Source of the DNA: a virus
Lineage: Duplodnaviria > Caudoviricetes
DNA: 64,000 bases
Direction: 5' to 3' (one strand)
IMG/VR virus record: IMGVR_UViG_3300024229_000651
Under the pieces are notes generated by a model. It saw nothing but the letters and a program-made list of their open reading frames with translations, was not told where the DNA came from and did no database searches. Position numbers and translations under genes: made by a program. Below, piece after piece: positions 47,600 through 57,888 of this stretch (its first letter is position 1; the number at the start of each line of letters is the position of its first letter).

Positions 47600-47851
47600 T
47601 TATTCGAAATGTGATTCGAATTCATCAAAATAAGGTTGTTTTTCTTCGAAAGAATCAAACCTAACGCTATTAACGTACTCAGTGAGATCTTCTACGCTTT
47701 CTAGTGTTACAAGCATTTCCCTAGGTGATTGTTTTGTAAGTCTACAAAGTTCTGTCATTACTAAGACTAAGTGATGATGACCAATATCAAGTCTTTCGCA
47801 CAGTAAACGTACATCAGGTTGGTAGTCGGTTTGTGTGGTATCGTCTATCAT
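47600..47851 (-). CDS. Hypothetical protein
   Basis: 83-aa ORF in operon. Confidence 0.55.
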   Translation of the reverse strand: MIDDTTQTDYQPDVRLLCERLDIGHHHLVLVMTELCRLTKQSPREMLVTLESVEDLTEYVNSVRFDSFEEKQPYFDEFESHFE

Positions 47852-47852
47852 T

Positions 47853-48617
47853 TTATTTTCTCCCGTTTTTTACTATAATTGTTTTTTGTACGTGTCCAGT
47901 CGTAGGAAAACGCATAACATTTTTATACCCAGCTTCCTCAAGTTGTTTAGATAGCCAACCTGGATGGTAGACCGAAACCATATGTTCTAGATGTTTATCT
48001 GAATACAATTCATCGACAATAAGATCACTGTCCACAAGGTACTTGTAATCAACAACACTGGTTTGAAGTTCTTCTATTGTAACACAGCGTCTATTTGGAT
48101 AGTCTACCTTACGTTTCTCTAGGAACCACTCTGCTCCTTGTAAGTCTACAAATGTGACAGCTATCTGTCCGAACGGCTTACATACTCTTCTCATTTCAGC
48201 AAAATCAAAAAGTAATTGTTCATATGTAGTATGACTGTAAACACTATATGCTAATACAAAATCAAACGTGTTATCCTCGTACGGAAATAATAGTTCTTTC
48301 TCTCCTGCAGGATTATACATATGGTTAAATGCATTATGGTGTTTCCAATTAGCAGTCGGACATAATTTCTCACCATAATTTAACGCATCGTTGTTTACAT
48401 CTAAGCAATAATAATTTTCAGGATCAACATCGTTAGATCCATCAACACAATCTAGGATGAAGTTGCCGCAGTTGCCGCCGATGTCTAATATTTTCTTATC
48501 TTTCCACTCGGGCTTACGTAAAATTACATCAAAGAATTTAAAACGTTGCACTCTGGGAAATATACTACTGTTAGTAGAATACCGATTAGTACCTGCTATA
48601 TCTATTGCTGTGTCCAT
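47853..48617 (-). CDS. Class I SAM-dependent methyltransferase
   Basis: KILDIGGNCG, LDVN, FDFVLAYSVYSH. Confidence 0.8.
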   Translation of the reverse strand: MDTAIDIAGTNRYSTNSSIFPRVQRFKFFDVILRKPEWKDKKILDIGGNCGNFILDCVDGSNDVDPENYYCLDVNNDALNYGEKLCPTANWKHHNAFNHMYNPAGEKELLFPYEDNTFDFVLAYSVYSHTTYEQLLFDFAEMRRVCKPFGQIAVTFVDLQGAEWFLEKRKVDYPNRRCVTIEELQTSVVDYKYLVDSDLIVDELYSDKHLEHMVSVYHPGWLSKQLEEAGYKNVMRFPTTGHVQKTIIVKNGRK

Positions 48618-49480
48618 TACAGAGTAATTTTTGTATCATCGGGTAAGCGTTCTTTGCCTGATGTGTTAATACTATCAAACTGCCCTGCGCCTTTGGGATT
48701 GTAATTTCCAAGATCAGCAAAAGGATTAATTTCTCCGGCTACATATTTTTCAAATGTACTTGGAGATTCTACAACGCCAATACGTTTCAAGAACCAATCA
48801 ATTTTACTAGCATGGTGCATACGAGCTTGCGTCATATTAGGATGATTGAAATCTTCTGGATCTTCTGGATTTCCTTCCTTATATACTCTGTCGGCAAATG
48901 TTTTATCATCGTTGCCGCCAGTCAAGTCTGCTCTATCATGCAAAATTTCAATATCGATTTTTTCATAGATGCCGTTCATTCTAGCAATAACACTCACCCA
49001 TGTATCGTTTTGTGCGTTAATACTCCAAGCGTCACATAGAACAAACCAGTCTGCAGGAATAATTGGAAAAATTGCGAAAGGGTGGTCATGATTATCTTTA
49101 GGGGACAATAACTTAAACTGTCCGTCATTTTCCCTAACAGTGTCGTCCCATCCTTTAGTCTGCATTAGTGCATCATCATTCCAAAGGAACAACCATTCTC
49201 CTGTTGATGCATGGCATAACAAGTTCACGTAAACATTTAATTTACTATAGCCCAATGGCTTAAACATTTTTGCTTTACATCCGCATCCATATGGCTTAAC
49301 AAAGTCACCAGCTTCCTTATTGATCCACTCAATAGTTTCTTGGTCGTCTTCATCTACACCCAACATAATTTCAACCGTTGATGGATCGGAAGCATTATCT
49401 AATAAACTCTTTAAACTTTTCTGTAATGCACCGGATGCACGACCTCGAGTGGGTAAAATTATACTAACTCTATTTTTCAT
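48617..49480 (-). CDS. GT2 glycosyltransferase
   Basis: IILPTRGR, LWNDD, QNDTW. Confidence 0.8.
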   Translation of the reverse strand: MKNRVSIILPTRGRASGALQKSLKSLLDNASDPSTVEIMLGVDEDDQETIEWINKEAGDFVKPYGCGCKAKMFKPLGYSKLNVYVNLLCHASTGEWLFLWNDDALMQTKGWDDTVRENDGQFKLLSPKDNHDHPFAIFPIIPADWFVLCDAWSINAQNDTWVSVIARMNGIYEKIDIEILHDRADLTGGNDDKTFADRVYKEGNPEDPEDFNHPNMTQARMHHASKIDWFLKRIGVVESPSTFEKYVAGEINPFADLGNYNPKGAGQFDSINTSGKERLPDDTKITL

Positions 49481-49481
49481 T

Positions 49482-50348
49482 TTATTTTCCTGTGATCAAT
49501 TTACGAATGTTTCCGCGGAATGTATAATGCCCAACATGATTGAGTGCTGTGCGTGGATCTAAGTATACTTCGCCACCCATATCTTGCCAGCGCCTACAGA
49601 AGGTATAATCCTCAGATAAATAACGTCTGCTTTCAGGGTCAATAATACAATCAAACAATGCGTACATATGCTTTTCAAACTTTTCATCAACATTAATGTC
49701 GTTTGCATATTTTAATTCAGTGTGCTTTTCGAACATCTGTGCTATAACTTCCTTCTTAATACACATAAATCCTGTACCAGCATCTTTAAGTTTAATAAGG
49801 TTGTCAGTTATTTGAATTTGTGGGATGGGATTTCCCTCGTCATCCTTAACAAAATCAAAGTTCACAACATAATTTGAACTGTGTCCTTCAATTGTTTCAG
49901 GAGTTTCTTCTACGTTCTTTCTAGAAGCTTCGATAATGCTGCCCCAATTAATTGCTTTTTTGGGATATGCACCAACTGTAATTGGCTTATCGTATGCTAC
50001 CATCCGCAATAGATCATTGGGATCGAATTCAATATCTGCATCAATAAAGAACAAATGCGTTGCTTCTGGGTGCTCCATAAAAAAGCTAACTAGTGTGTTT
50101 CTGCCTCTAGTAATTAGGCTTTCGTTAGCCAGTGTACTAATTGTGTACTGAATATCGTACTTGTTACATAGTATAGCAAGTCTCATCATACTTCTAAAAT
50201 ATGGCTCACCAATTTGCCCACCGTAACAAGGTGTAGCAATAAAGATATGTTTGTTTCGTAGTAGTTGGATCGGAATTTCGATCTTGGCATCTAATAAATC
50301 ATGCAGAACCTGATCTGCAGGTTTATCAGAAGTCGTGTTGTCAGACAT
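49482..50348 (-). CDS. GT-A-fold glycosyltransferase-like protein
   Basis: IATPCYGG, NESLITRGRN, FIDADI, GTGFM, LSEDYTFC. Confidence 0.75.
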   Translation of the reverse strand: MSDNTTSDKPADQVLHDLLDAKIEIPIQLLRNKHIFIATPCYGGQIGEPYFRSMMRLAILCNKYDIQYTISTLANESLITRGRNTLVSFFMEHPEATHLFFIDADIEFDPNDLLRMVAYDKPITVGAYPKKAINWGSIIEASRKNVEETPETIEGHSSNYVVNFDFVKDDEGNPIPQIQITDNLIKLKDAGTGFMCIKKEVIAQMFEKHTELKYANDINVDEKFEKHMYALFDCIIDPESRRYLSEDYTFCRRWQDMGGEVYLDPRTALNHVGHYTFRGNIRKLITGK

Positions 50349-50385
50349 AATTGTGTTCCTGTGTGAATGTATGTTCTAGTATGTT

Positions 50386-50414
50386 ATACTACACTATTTA
50401 CACAATCATGTCAA
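50386..50414 (-). promoter_or_regulatory. Sigma70-type promoter TTGACA-17-TAGTAT with TAAATA in the spacer
   Basis: Direct reading of the minus strand. Confidence 0.65.
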
Positions 50415-50433
50415 TGATTATTTTGTTTTCTGG

Positions 50434-50607
50434 TTACCGGGCGCTATCGGAAGGTCTTTTGGAAATGAACGAATTAAGTTTTTCTGCTTCTGAAATAATA
50501 TCTTCAGTTGACGGCATATTTTCAGGCTTACTGGATTTCGCTTGAAGAATTAATCTTGCTTCCTGAATAAGCTCTAATCTAATTTCATACGGGGTTTTAC
50601 TCGACAC
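50434..50607 (-). CDS. Small conserved phage protein, 57 aa (not in ORF track)
   Basis: AGGAG SD with GTG start; MSSKTPYEIRLELIQEARLILQAKSSKPENMPSTEDIISEAEKLNSFISKRPSDSAR. Confidence 0.75.
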   Translation of the reverse strand: MSSKTPYEIRLELIQEARLILQAKSSKPENMPSTEDIISEAEKLNSFISKRPSDSAR

Positions 50608-50664
50608 TTAACTGCTCCTACAACAATATTAATATTCTATTTTAGTCCTACACCATTATTTATC

Positions 50665-51369
50665 TTATTTAAACAATTTTCCGGACATATACTTTCGATG
50701 CATTACGTTTATATCACACACATCTTCAACCGATGCCGTTAGAATAACTCTGTCAATATCCGACTCTTCGTTATAACCACGATGCATATGTAGAGTATTC
50801 TGAAACCCAGGAACAGTCTGGTTAGTCCATTCCGAAAGTATTTCTGCGTCAGGCAATTCGTCTCGGCTAACGTGCCGCATTCTGTCATACTCTACGGGAT
50901 CAACATCCTTGAATCTAGGAAAGGTTGCCCATTGAGCTTTACTGTTAACAAAATCACCTGACATAGGGAAATTTAATCCGCATCGTCTATCATGGTATGT
51001 TGGACCTTCTGTATGCCATCGACCACTTAACCCCGCGGGTGTTCTTAGCATAACTACATGTGTAAATTTTACGTTTAAAGTGTCGTGCAACCATTCTTTT
51101 AATAATTTAGACAAATCTAAATTTGCCTCTTCGTACATGCCTACCGCAGATGGATCACGCTTATTAAATTTAGAACCTTCGTACGGAATAAAACTGTGAT
51201 ACCAGTTTGCTAGATTAGTTCGTGTTTTGCCTAATGCTACTTCTGGACTTTTTGATTCCAATGCTGTTGACTGTCGAACATCTTCTGGTATTAAAAACGG
51301 CTCTAGATCAAAAGGAGGCATCGGCAACTCCGGAACTTCAAAATAATAAGGCATATGTTCTTTAGACAT
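50665..51369 (-). CDS. 2OG-Fe(II) oxygenase-like protein
   Basis: WHTE...CGLNFP...MHRGYN...RVIL. Confidence 0.68.
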   Translation of the reverse strand: MSKEHMPYYFEVPELPMPPFDLEPFLIPEDVRQSTALESKSPEVALGKTRTNLANWYHSFIPYEGSKFNKRDPSAVGMYEEANLDLSKLLKEWLHDTLNVKFTHVVMLRTPAGLSGRWHTEGPTYHDRRCGLNFPMSGDFVNSKAQWATFPRFKDVDPVEYDRMRHVSRDELPDAEILSEWTNQTVPGFQNTLHMHRGYNEESDIDRVILTASVEDVCDINVMHRKYMSGKLFK

Positions 51370-51943
51370 TAATTAATTCTCCAGCCGTATACGCTTCGTA
51401 GACGTCTTGTATTGGGTTATTTAGTGCGGCACTTACAACTATTCTATTCTCATCTGTAAAATTAAATACACGATGCCAATGCATTGTATTATATACAGTA
51501 GCTTGGTTTTGTGTCATTCTATGTTCACTTAATATTTCCATATTCTCATTTTCCCACCAAGCGCCTTTAGTATCATTTAGTAGAATATCATCTTCGTTTA
51601 TTTTACTCCATTGCACATACGAATTCACAAAGTCTCCTGAAATCATAAAGTTTAGTGCACACTGCCTTCCAAATAGATTAGGACCCTCGCTATGCCATGG
51701 ACTCGAACCGTTTGCATTTGTGTTCAACAGTGTAATTGACCCGATCTTAATGTTAAGTTTTTCATCCAAATACTGCTTGATCGCTGCATGCCAATCTGTT
51801 GGGACAGCTCTATACTGGAATGTGTTGCCTCCCATGCCTTTACCAGATGGGCTAAGGAAGTCCATCGGGTGTTGTTTGTATGGCATACTGCTGAATTCTG
51901 CAGGAAGCTGTAGTTGTGGTATATCAAAATAGTAAGGAATCAT
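51362..51943 (-). CDS. 2OG-Fe(II) oxygenase-like protein, paralog of 50665
   Basis: WHSE...CALNF...WHRVFN...RIVV. Confidence 0.68.
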   Translation of the reverse strand: MIPYYFDIPQLQLPAEFSSMPYKQHPMDFLSPSGKGMGGNTFQYRAVPTDWHAAIKQYLDEKLNIKIGSITLLNTNANGSSPWHSEGPNLFGRQCALNFMISGDFVNSYVQWSKINEDDILLNDTKGAWWENENMEILSEHRMTQNQATVYNTMHWHRVFNFTDENRIVVSAALNNPIQDVYEAYTAGELINV

Positions 51944-51970
51944 AGTAAATATTTATCTATGGGTAGATAA

Positions 51971-52999
51971 CTAGCGAGTTTTACTGATAGATATGTCGCT
52001 TAAATTATTACAAAATTCAAACGGGCACACAGTTTCACTTATTGGCAAGTCCCAGTTTTCGATCTGTGTAATATTACCAAAGCTCTTTGCACCGCACCAA
52101 CTACTAATAACCTCACCATTCATATCTATGTTAATGCTATCATAGCCTAATTCACATTTCATGCCTTTAAACTTGTTTAAGCCTTCATTAATAATCTGGT
52201 GGCTCTGTACGTAATGAGTAGATCCGTCGTCATACAAAAATTCTGTACTCCAAAATCTAGGGTGGTCTTGACTGTCGTCATGATCCTGTTGATCTTGTTG
52301 TACCGGTTCCGGAGGTCTAGGTAGTAATCCCGGTCGCTGTAAAATAGCCATTTCATCATCAGTGTAGGCGTAATAAGGATCTTGGTTATTATCGTTGTCG
52401 CCTAAGTATTTGTTGTACAGTGTTTTTACAGTAATATTAACATCATAAATACTTTGCTGTTCGTTGTCTATAAATAACTCACGCAATCTATCTGCAACTG
52501 TGCCTAACTCTTGTACTTGTCCACCTACTCCGGCAATATTTAAATCTATAGTACAATGACCTATTAGTGTTTTAACGACAGCAAATAAATGATCTTCGTC
52601 CATAGTGAGCGGGTGATATGTTATCACAACACCCGATAAATATTCTCTAGCTTCTTCCCACCAGTCTACAGTTCTGCTACCATTAGTGTATATTGTACAA
52701 CTTGAATTATAAGAATGTATTTTTTCAATAATCTTTTCAAATCCAGGTATAGTTGTAACTTCGCCACCAATTAATTCCCAGTGCATGAAGCGACTTTGAT
52801 TACGTTTGTAATGCGTTGATATTTTGTCTACAATGTCTAAATATTGTTGTGTAGACATCCAAGATCTAGAACCATTGTGCAATTCAGTTGGACAATAATC
52901 ACAACTAAAATTACACACATTACCCATACTCCATTGTATCTTAACTGCACGATCTGGGTCAGTAGTATGAGGTCCTTTGACAGATATTAGATTGGCCAT
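51971..52999 (-). CDS. Radical SAM protein with Cys-rich C-terminus
   Basis: CNFSCDYC, GGEVT, YTNGSR; C-terminal C...C...CxxxxC. Confidence 0.88.
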   Translation of the reverse strand: MANLISVKGPHTTDPDRAVKIQWSMGNVCNFSCDYCPTELHNGSRSWMSTQQYLDIVDKISTHYKRNQSRFMHWELIGGEVTTIPGFEKIIEKIHSYNSSCTIYTNGSRTVDWWEEAREYLSGVVITYHPLTMDEDHLFAVVKTLIGHCTIDLNIAGVGGQVQELGTVADRLRELFIDNEQQSIYDVNITVKTLYNKYLGDNDNNQDPYYAYTDDEMAILQRPGLLPRPPEPVQQDQQDHDDSQDHPRFWSTEFLYDDGSTHYVQSHQIINEGLNKFKGMKCELGYDSINIDMNGEVISSWCGAKSFGNITQIENWDLPISETVCPFEFCNNLSDISISKTR

Positions 53000-53020
53000 G
53001 CATATATTTATCTTAATATA

Positions 53021-53959
53021 CTACTTGACAAAAGGATACACAAGGTCATTCCAAAATTCTCTGTGTGCAAATGCATGTGGGTGAGATCCTATACTTACTT
53101 CATTAGCCATTTCATCGAAATCGTACGGAGTTTTATCGGGATATTTTTTTGTGTAATAATCTATAATATTTTCATTTGTTATCAAATACGGCTTCACATA
53201 TCTGTCGTATTTTGCTTGGCAATAATTTAACCAATCAGTTGGTAAGTTATCCCACCCATGAAAATACCCCAACTTAATGTTGTTTAATTTACAGTATTGT
53301 GATAGTATTTGTAATTGATCTAATGCTCGGATATAGTATTCGTTAATGTCTGCACAGTAGTCTGCGTAGTACGCACTATAGATTCTTAGCTTATCCTTAC
53401 TTTCCTCTCTTTCTACCATCTGTACATTAATATCTCCAGATTGCTTAATGTATGTAATCTCGCCCAGACGGTATATGTCATATTCCGATCTTTCTCTAAT
53501 TGTTATGTCTAAGTCACGTTGATTTAAGGTTAACACTTCTCTTCTAGCAAAACCGGTTATCTGATATACAACTGTATCAACATCTGAATGGTTTTCCAAG
53601 TAATTAATTACCGCTCTGGCGGATAAACTATTACTTGCTGAACCTTCCCCAGCAAAACATATCCTATATTGATCAACATTTAACATTTTACATTTTTGTA
53701 TGAACGCTAGAGAATCGTATTCCGGGTCATCAACTCCGTGATACTGGGTGTGCCACTTACGTTGCATTCGTAAAGGGTCTTGTGTAGTCCTTGGGTTGGG
53801 GCACTGTGCTGGATCGCCTAAGCCGCATGCATTCAGACCAAAATGATCAAGGCTTCCGTCAGAATCGTATATTGGTTCATATGCTAAAGGTCGTGCGCAA
53901 TAAGCCCAGCTATCACCGCTATGAGTAAAACTGCATCCACCAAATACTAAGTGTCTCAT
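53021..53959 (-). CDS. SGNH-like protein, paralog 5
   Basis: FGGCSFT, GSASN, GSHP. Confidence 0.65.
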   Translation of the reverse strand: MRHLVFGGCSFTHSGDSWAYCARPLAYEPIYDSDGSLDHFGLNACGLGDPAQCPNPRTTQDPLRMQRKWHTQYHGVDDPEYDSLAFIQKCKMLNVDQYRICFAGEGSASNSLSARAVINYLENHSDVDTVVYQITGFARREVLTLNQRDLDITIRERSEYDIYRLGEITYIKQSGDINVQMVEREESKDKLRIYSAYYADYCADINEYYIRALDQLQILSQYCKLNNIKLGYFHGWDNLPTDWLNYCQAKYDRYVKPYLITNENIIDYYTKKYPDKTPYDFDEMANEVSIGSHPHAFAHREFWNDLVYPFVK

Positions 53960-54813
53960 TTTATCGAATCTATCAAGTCTGCTATTACCTGTTGAGTTGC
54001 CATAGGATCAAACGTCATAACTGCATCAACTTTTTTCCAGTCAGTATCTTTCCAAACCTTGCCTTGTTGTACCCAATTATACACTTCTGTCATTTCTGTA
54101 GGAATTGGGAAGTCGGCATGATGATTAATTATAACATCTTTAGCAAGATCATTCTCATACCCTTGTTTGCAAAATCCGTGCGTTACATTGAAAAACTCTA
54201 CGCACTGGCTGTTTGTCTCGTTGGCAAATATTTTAGATTTCTCACTGCTAGTCCAGTTATCATCTGAGCCGTGATATAATTTAACATTATAGTTTTTAGC
54301 ATTATAAAACGCAGATTCAAACGGCCATAAATTTCCATAACAGAGAGCAAAAAAAGCATCGTCGGATAAATTATCCATATGATGACCTAGTATTTGTGCA
54401 AGTGTGTCGGCTCCCCAACTGAAACCAACAAAGGAAATTCTATTAATATTAATTACTTGAAAGAGACTGTCTATATTACTCTTTATATAGTCAACCGCTT
54501 TCATAGTTTCAAATGCCCGTACTTTAGGACTGATATAACTACTCTGACTATCCCAACTCAAAGAACTAATATTTCTGCCTGTAAAACTGTCTACACACAG
54601 GCATGCAATGCCCGCATCAGTTAAACTGTCCACAAACAGTTCTGTGTCACTGCCTAATCCACCACTGCCGTGGCTGATCACACATAAAGGCGTGTCGCCT
54701 GTAAATTTGTTAGGTATAATAACTTCACAGCCAATATCTATTTCAGTGTTGTCCCAAAATATGTTTCGTTGGCTTTTAACGCTGAACAGAATTCGCTTTA
54801 TGTATTTTTTCAT
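53956..54813 (-). CDS. Dienelactone-hydrolase-like alpha/beta hydrolase
   Basis: SHGSGG, GFSWG nucleophile elbow, HGSDD, HGF. Confidence 0.82.
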   Translation of the reverse strand: MKKYIKRILFSVKSQRNIFWDNTEIDIGCEVIIPNKFTGDTPLCVISHGSGGLGSDTELFVDSLTDAGIACLCVDSFTGRNISSLSWDSQSSYISPKVRAFETMKAVDYIKSNIDSLFQVININRISFVGFSWGADTLAQILGHHMDNLSDDAFFALCYGNLWPFESAFYNAKNYNVKLYHGSDDNWTSSEKSKIFANETNSQCVEFFNVTHGFCKQGYENDLAKDVIINHHADFPIPTEMTEVYNWVQQGKVWKDTDWKKVDAVMTFDPMATQQVIADLIDSIK

Positions 54814-55438
54814 CTGATATCTCTTTAAACTTACTGTGATGTATTTTCCATGATACTTGGGGTACTTTATAGAATTCGAATATACCTTCTGGCTCTGCTA
54901 TACCTTTTCTCATCCACCAGTTTCGTTTTATGTAATCTGTTATTTGTGTTGTACTTTTTACATAACTTCCTGAGTACGATTTGTTTGCTAGAGTTGTGCC
55001 AAACGTTGCAACAAAGTCTTTCTGTTTAGATGCCCAGTCACAATTAAAATAAAGTAGCCCGTCGAATTCTGGCATAATGGTCCTGTCGAACCTTGCTCTG
55101 TAATTCATTGGTATATCTGCGTTAGGTATTCGAGCGAGGCGAGTCCAAACACGATAATATCCTTGTTTGTATTCGGGCATGTGTTCTACACCGCCTACTG
55201 CATAAATTTTGTTTGTATGCATATGTACCATACAATGGTACTTAACTTTGTCTACCTTCATAGCATCAAGTGATTCGTTACTAACGTATCCTAGTGATTT
55301 AGCGACAGAACAAAACTCTTCTAATTCTTTTTGCCACGCAGGAGTATATTCTATACACCCAATTTGTCCATCGAAAAATGTTCTTAATGTTTCTGTATCG
55401 GCCATATCATCCATCTTCCTACATCGAGTTCGTACCAA
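54776..55438 (-). CDS. Hypothetical protein (possible GNAT-like)
   Basis: ORF in operon; start may be MDDMAD; fold guess is weak. Confidence 0.5.
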   Translation of the reverse strand: MVRTRCRKMDDMADTETLRTFFDGQIGCIEYTPAWQKELEEFCSVAKSLGYVSNESLDAMKVDKVKYHCMVHMHTNKIYAVGGVEHMPEYKQGYYRVWTRLARIPNADIPMNYRARFDRTIMPEFDGLLYFNCDWASKQKDFVATFGTTLANKSYSGSYVKSTTQITDYIKRNWWMRKGIAEPEGIFEFYKVPQVSWKIHHSKFKEISDEKIHKANSVQR

Positions 55439-56151
55439 CGAGTGCTAAAAGATAGCCTTCTTGGAACTGCATGATGATTATTATGTAAACTTTCTCCCCA
55501 AGTAAGGAAAACAAACCAAGGATTATTTGTGCTGTTGTTTTTAGTTTCTGTGGTGTAGTACGTAAGTTTACTGATAGGTGTATGCCCAAATACGTTAACA
55601 AATCCACTAATGAACACAGACAATATACTAGCATTAAGACTAGAAAGGATTAACATTCCATCATATTGCCACCAACTTAACAAAGCAATAACAAGCAAAT
55701 TTGTTATTACTAATAACGCATAATTCTTATGGCACCAAAGGGAATATTGATCTAGTGTTCGTCGAATTTTATATATTTCTTTTGTTGCGAAAGCATGATT
55801 GTCTTTTTGAAATATCCACCCAATAAACGCATACCATTTACCTTTAGTAGGCGTGTGCACATCCTTATCACTATCTGTATGTGCATGGTGACTTCTATTG
55901 TGTAATAATGTCCAAGTAACCGGTGATCCTTGGGCTCCTTGACAACCTAAGTACAATAATGCTTTTCTTATAAACTCGTATGTGGTAAAACTTTTATGAC
56001 TATGCAATCTATGAAATCCTACGCTTATTCCATAACCGCTGTATAATACTGTGAAAACAAAAGTAGATACAAAAAGATGGGATGTGCCATAAACTACTGA
56101 CCATATTAAGCTGGCGAGACAAGCTGGCAAGAAGATCATATAGAATAGCAT
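55384..56151 (-). CDS. Membrane fatty acid desaturase, copy 1
   Basis: His boxes HRLHSH, HNRSHH, HNNHH; TM helices. Confidence 0.9.
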   Translation of the reverse strand: MLFYMIFLPACLASLIWSVVYGTSHLFVSTFVFTVLYSGYGISVGFHRLHSHKSFTTYEFIRKALLYLGCQGAQGSPVTWTLLHNRSHHAHTDSDKDVHTPTKGKWYAFIGWIFQKDNHAFATKEIYKIRRTLDQYSLWCHKNYALLVITNLLVIALLSWWQYDGMLILSSLNASILSVFISGFVNVFGHTPISKLTYYTTETKNNSTNNPWFVFLTWGESLHNNHHAVPRRLSFSTRWYELDVGRWMIWPIQKH

Positions 56152-56960
56152 TACTGCAAAACTCCTTTAATCACCCAGCCACTAATATCTATTTCAGACC
56201 AATGCTGACTGTTACTAACTGCTTTCCATTGTCTATGGTGATTATTATGTAACATTTCACCCCAAGTTAAGATAGACCCAACTCTGTTGTTCACACTGTT
56301 ATCTTTAGTTTCGTGGTTCCTATAACCGAACCACGGCATATGGCTAAGTGCTGTTACCAAACTTGTGTTTAGCAGTGTAAACCATACGCCAATTGCAAAT
56401 CCATAGAATGCTAACTCTACACTAAACAACGATATCAACACAAGAGTGCCTAGATTAATCGCAATGTGATAGTCATTTAATATTGTATAATACTTATTAT
56501 TTACAAAATTACGCTTAATATATTTCACTAGTGTGCGGCGATCAATAGCACTATCAAATTCGTATTGGTGTTTATGCCATATTAGAAAACTGTGCCAAAA
56601 GCCTTTTATAGGGGAATGGGGGTCCTCTGGTTTATCACTATGTTTATGGTGGCCTACTTCGTGAATCATAACCCAAGGAAAAATACTACCATATCCGTTA
56701 AAAATAGATAATGTAGTAACAATATATTCTTTCCATTTGGGCATATCGAATGAGGCATGGCTCCAATATCTGTGCAACCCTATAGCCATGCCTACACAAC
56801 CAAATAAGAAATAAAACGCTACTGTTGACCACAGCCAACTGTAGGATTGCGTGTATAGCAATGTTACTAAGGATGCAATTCCAATAAGATGTACTGGAAC
56901 AGTGTAACACCAAAAATTGGTGTTTGCTTTATCGTTAAAAAAGTTTGTTAATAAATTCAA
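56151..56960 (-). CDS. Membrane fatty acid desaturase, copy 2
   Basis: His boxes HRYWSH, HEVGHH, HNNHH. Confidence 0.9.
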   Translation of the reverse strand: MNLLTNFFNDKANTNFWCYTVPVHLIGIASLVTLLYTQSYSWLWSTVAFYFLFGCVGMAIGLHRYWSHASFDMPKWKEYIVTTLSIFNGYGSIFPWVMIHEVGHHKHSDKPEDPHSPIKGFWHSFLIWHKHQYEFDSAIDRRTLVKYIKRNFVNNKYYTILNDYHIAINLGTLVLISLFSVELAFYGFAIGVWFTLLNTSLVTALSHMPWFGYRNHETKDNSVNNRVGSILTWGEMLHNNHHRQWKAVSNSQHWSEIDISGWVIKGVLQ

Positions 56961-57888
56961 AATCGGCTCCGTGGTGTTCTTCCAACATTTGTTTCAATGC
57001 TGTATCAACTTTTACAGTGTATTGTAAACTGGCGAATTTCATTGTTAAGTAGCCGAATTGGGCAATACGTTGTCTAAGTTCTTTATCGTATTTATCATGT
57101 CCGAAAAAAGTTTTTAAAAGTTCTATGCCGATTAGTTTTTCTGTCGTAGGTTCTATGTCAAAACCAGCTTGACGTATAGTTCGTATTTCCGATTGGTAAT
57201 ATCTGTGCGGGGCATTATCTACAAAAGACTGAGTAGGAGACTTTAGCACCGCTCCATAACTTTCTGTAAATAGCCAACTGGTATACATATTGACATCATG
57301 CTCTTGAAAATTTGTATATTCTTTACCGAAGAAAGAGGCTGCATGTTCCTGTGTTTCGTGTGGCACAAAAGGCATGAAGCCATTATTTTTAGATCGTGTC
57401 CACTCACTGTTACTTACATGCATCATGAAGCCTGGATATACTATACAGCAGTCTGGCAACATATCAAAAAACTTCCCCATGATTGTCATCTGGGGCTGTG
57501 TTGTAGGAAAATGTTCTGCATAGTATTCTATTTCATTTTCAAAAAGGTGAGGTACATCAATATGAAATAGTTCATATGGTATATTTCTTTTTTTGCAGTA
57601 TTGTATTGTGCAGTCATTTTCTCGTTTGGAAAGATCATTACTTAATACAGGTATAGCCGCAACAAAATCTATTCCAGCCATTATAAATCCTTGCATGGCT
57701 ATCTGTGCGTACATGTGCTGAACACTATAATCTTGTATCACATATAATGGTTTCGTAAACTTTTTCCTAATTTTTCTTGCAGTGTTTACTGCTTCCTGCA
57801 TAGGAGTACCAGGTTTGGCATCAGGTGCATTCATCATCATGTCTACATTCTGACCACCACTAAATTCAGTAAAAGATATACCCCTCAC
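56935..57888 (-). CDS. Hypothetical protein
   Basis: 317-aa coupled ORF; weak resemblance to adenine-nucleotide alpha-hydrolase-like phage proteins without the SGGxDS loop in place. Confidence 0.55.
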   Translation of the reverse strand: MRGISFTEFSGGQNVDMMMNAPDAKPGTPMQEAVNTARKIRKKFTKPLYVIQDYSVQHMYAQIAMQGFIMAGIDFVAAIPVLSNDLSKRENDCTIQYCKKRNIPYELFHIDVPHLFENEIEYYAEHFPTTQPQMTIMGKFFDMLPDCCIVYPGFMMHVSNSEWTRSKNNGFMPFVPHETQEHAASFFGKEYTNFQEHDVNMYTSWLFTESYGAVLKSPTQSFVDNAPHRYYQSEIRTIRQAGFDIEPTTEKLIGIELLKTFFGHDKYDKELRQRIAQFGYLTMKFASLQYTVKVDTALKQMLEEHHGADFEFINKLF

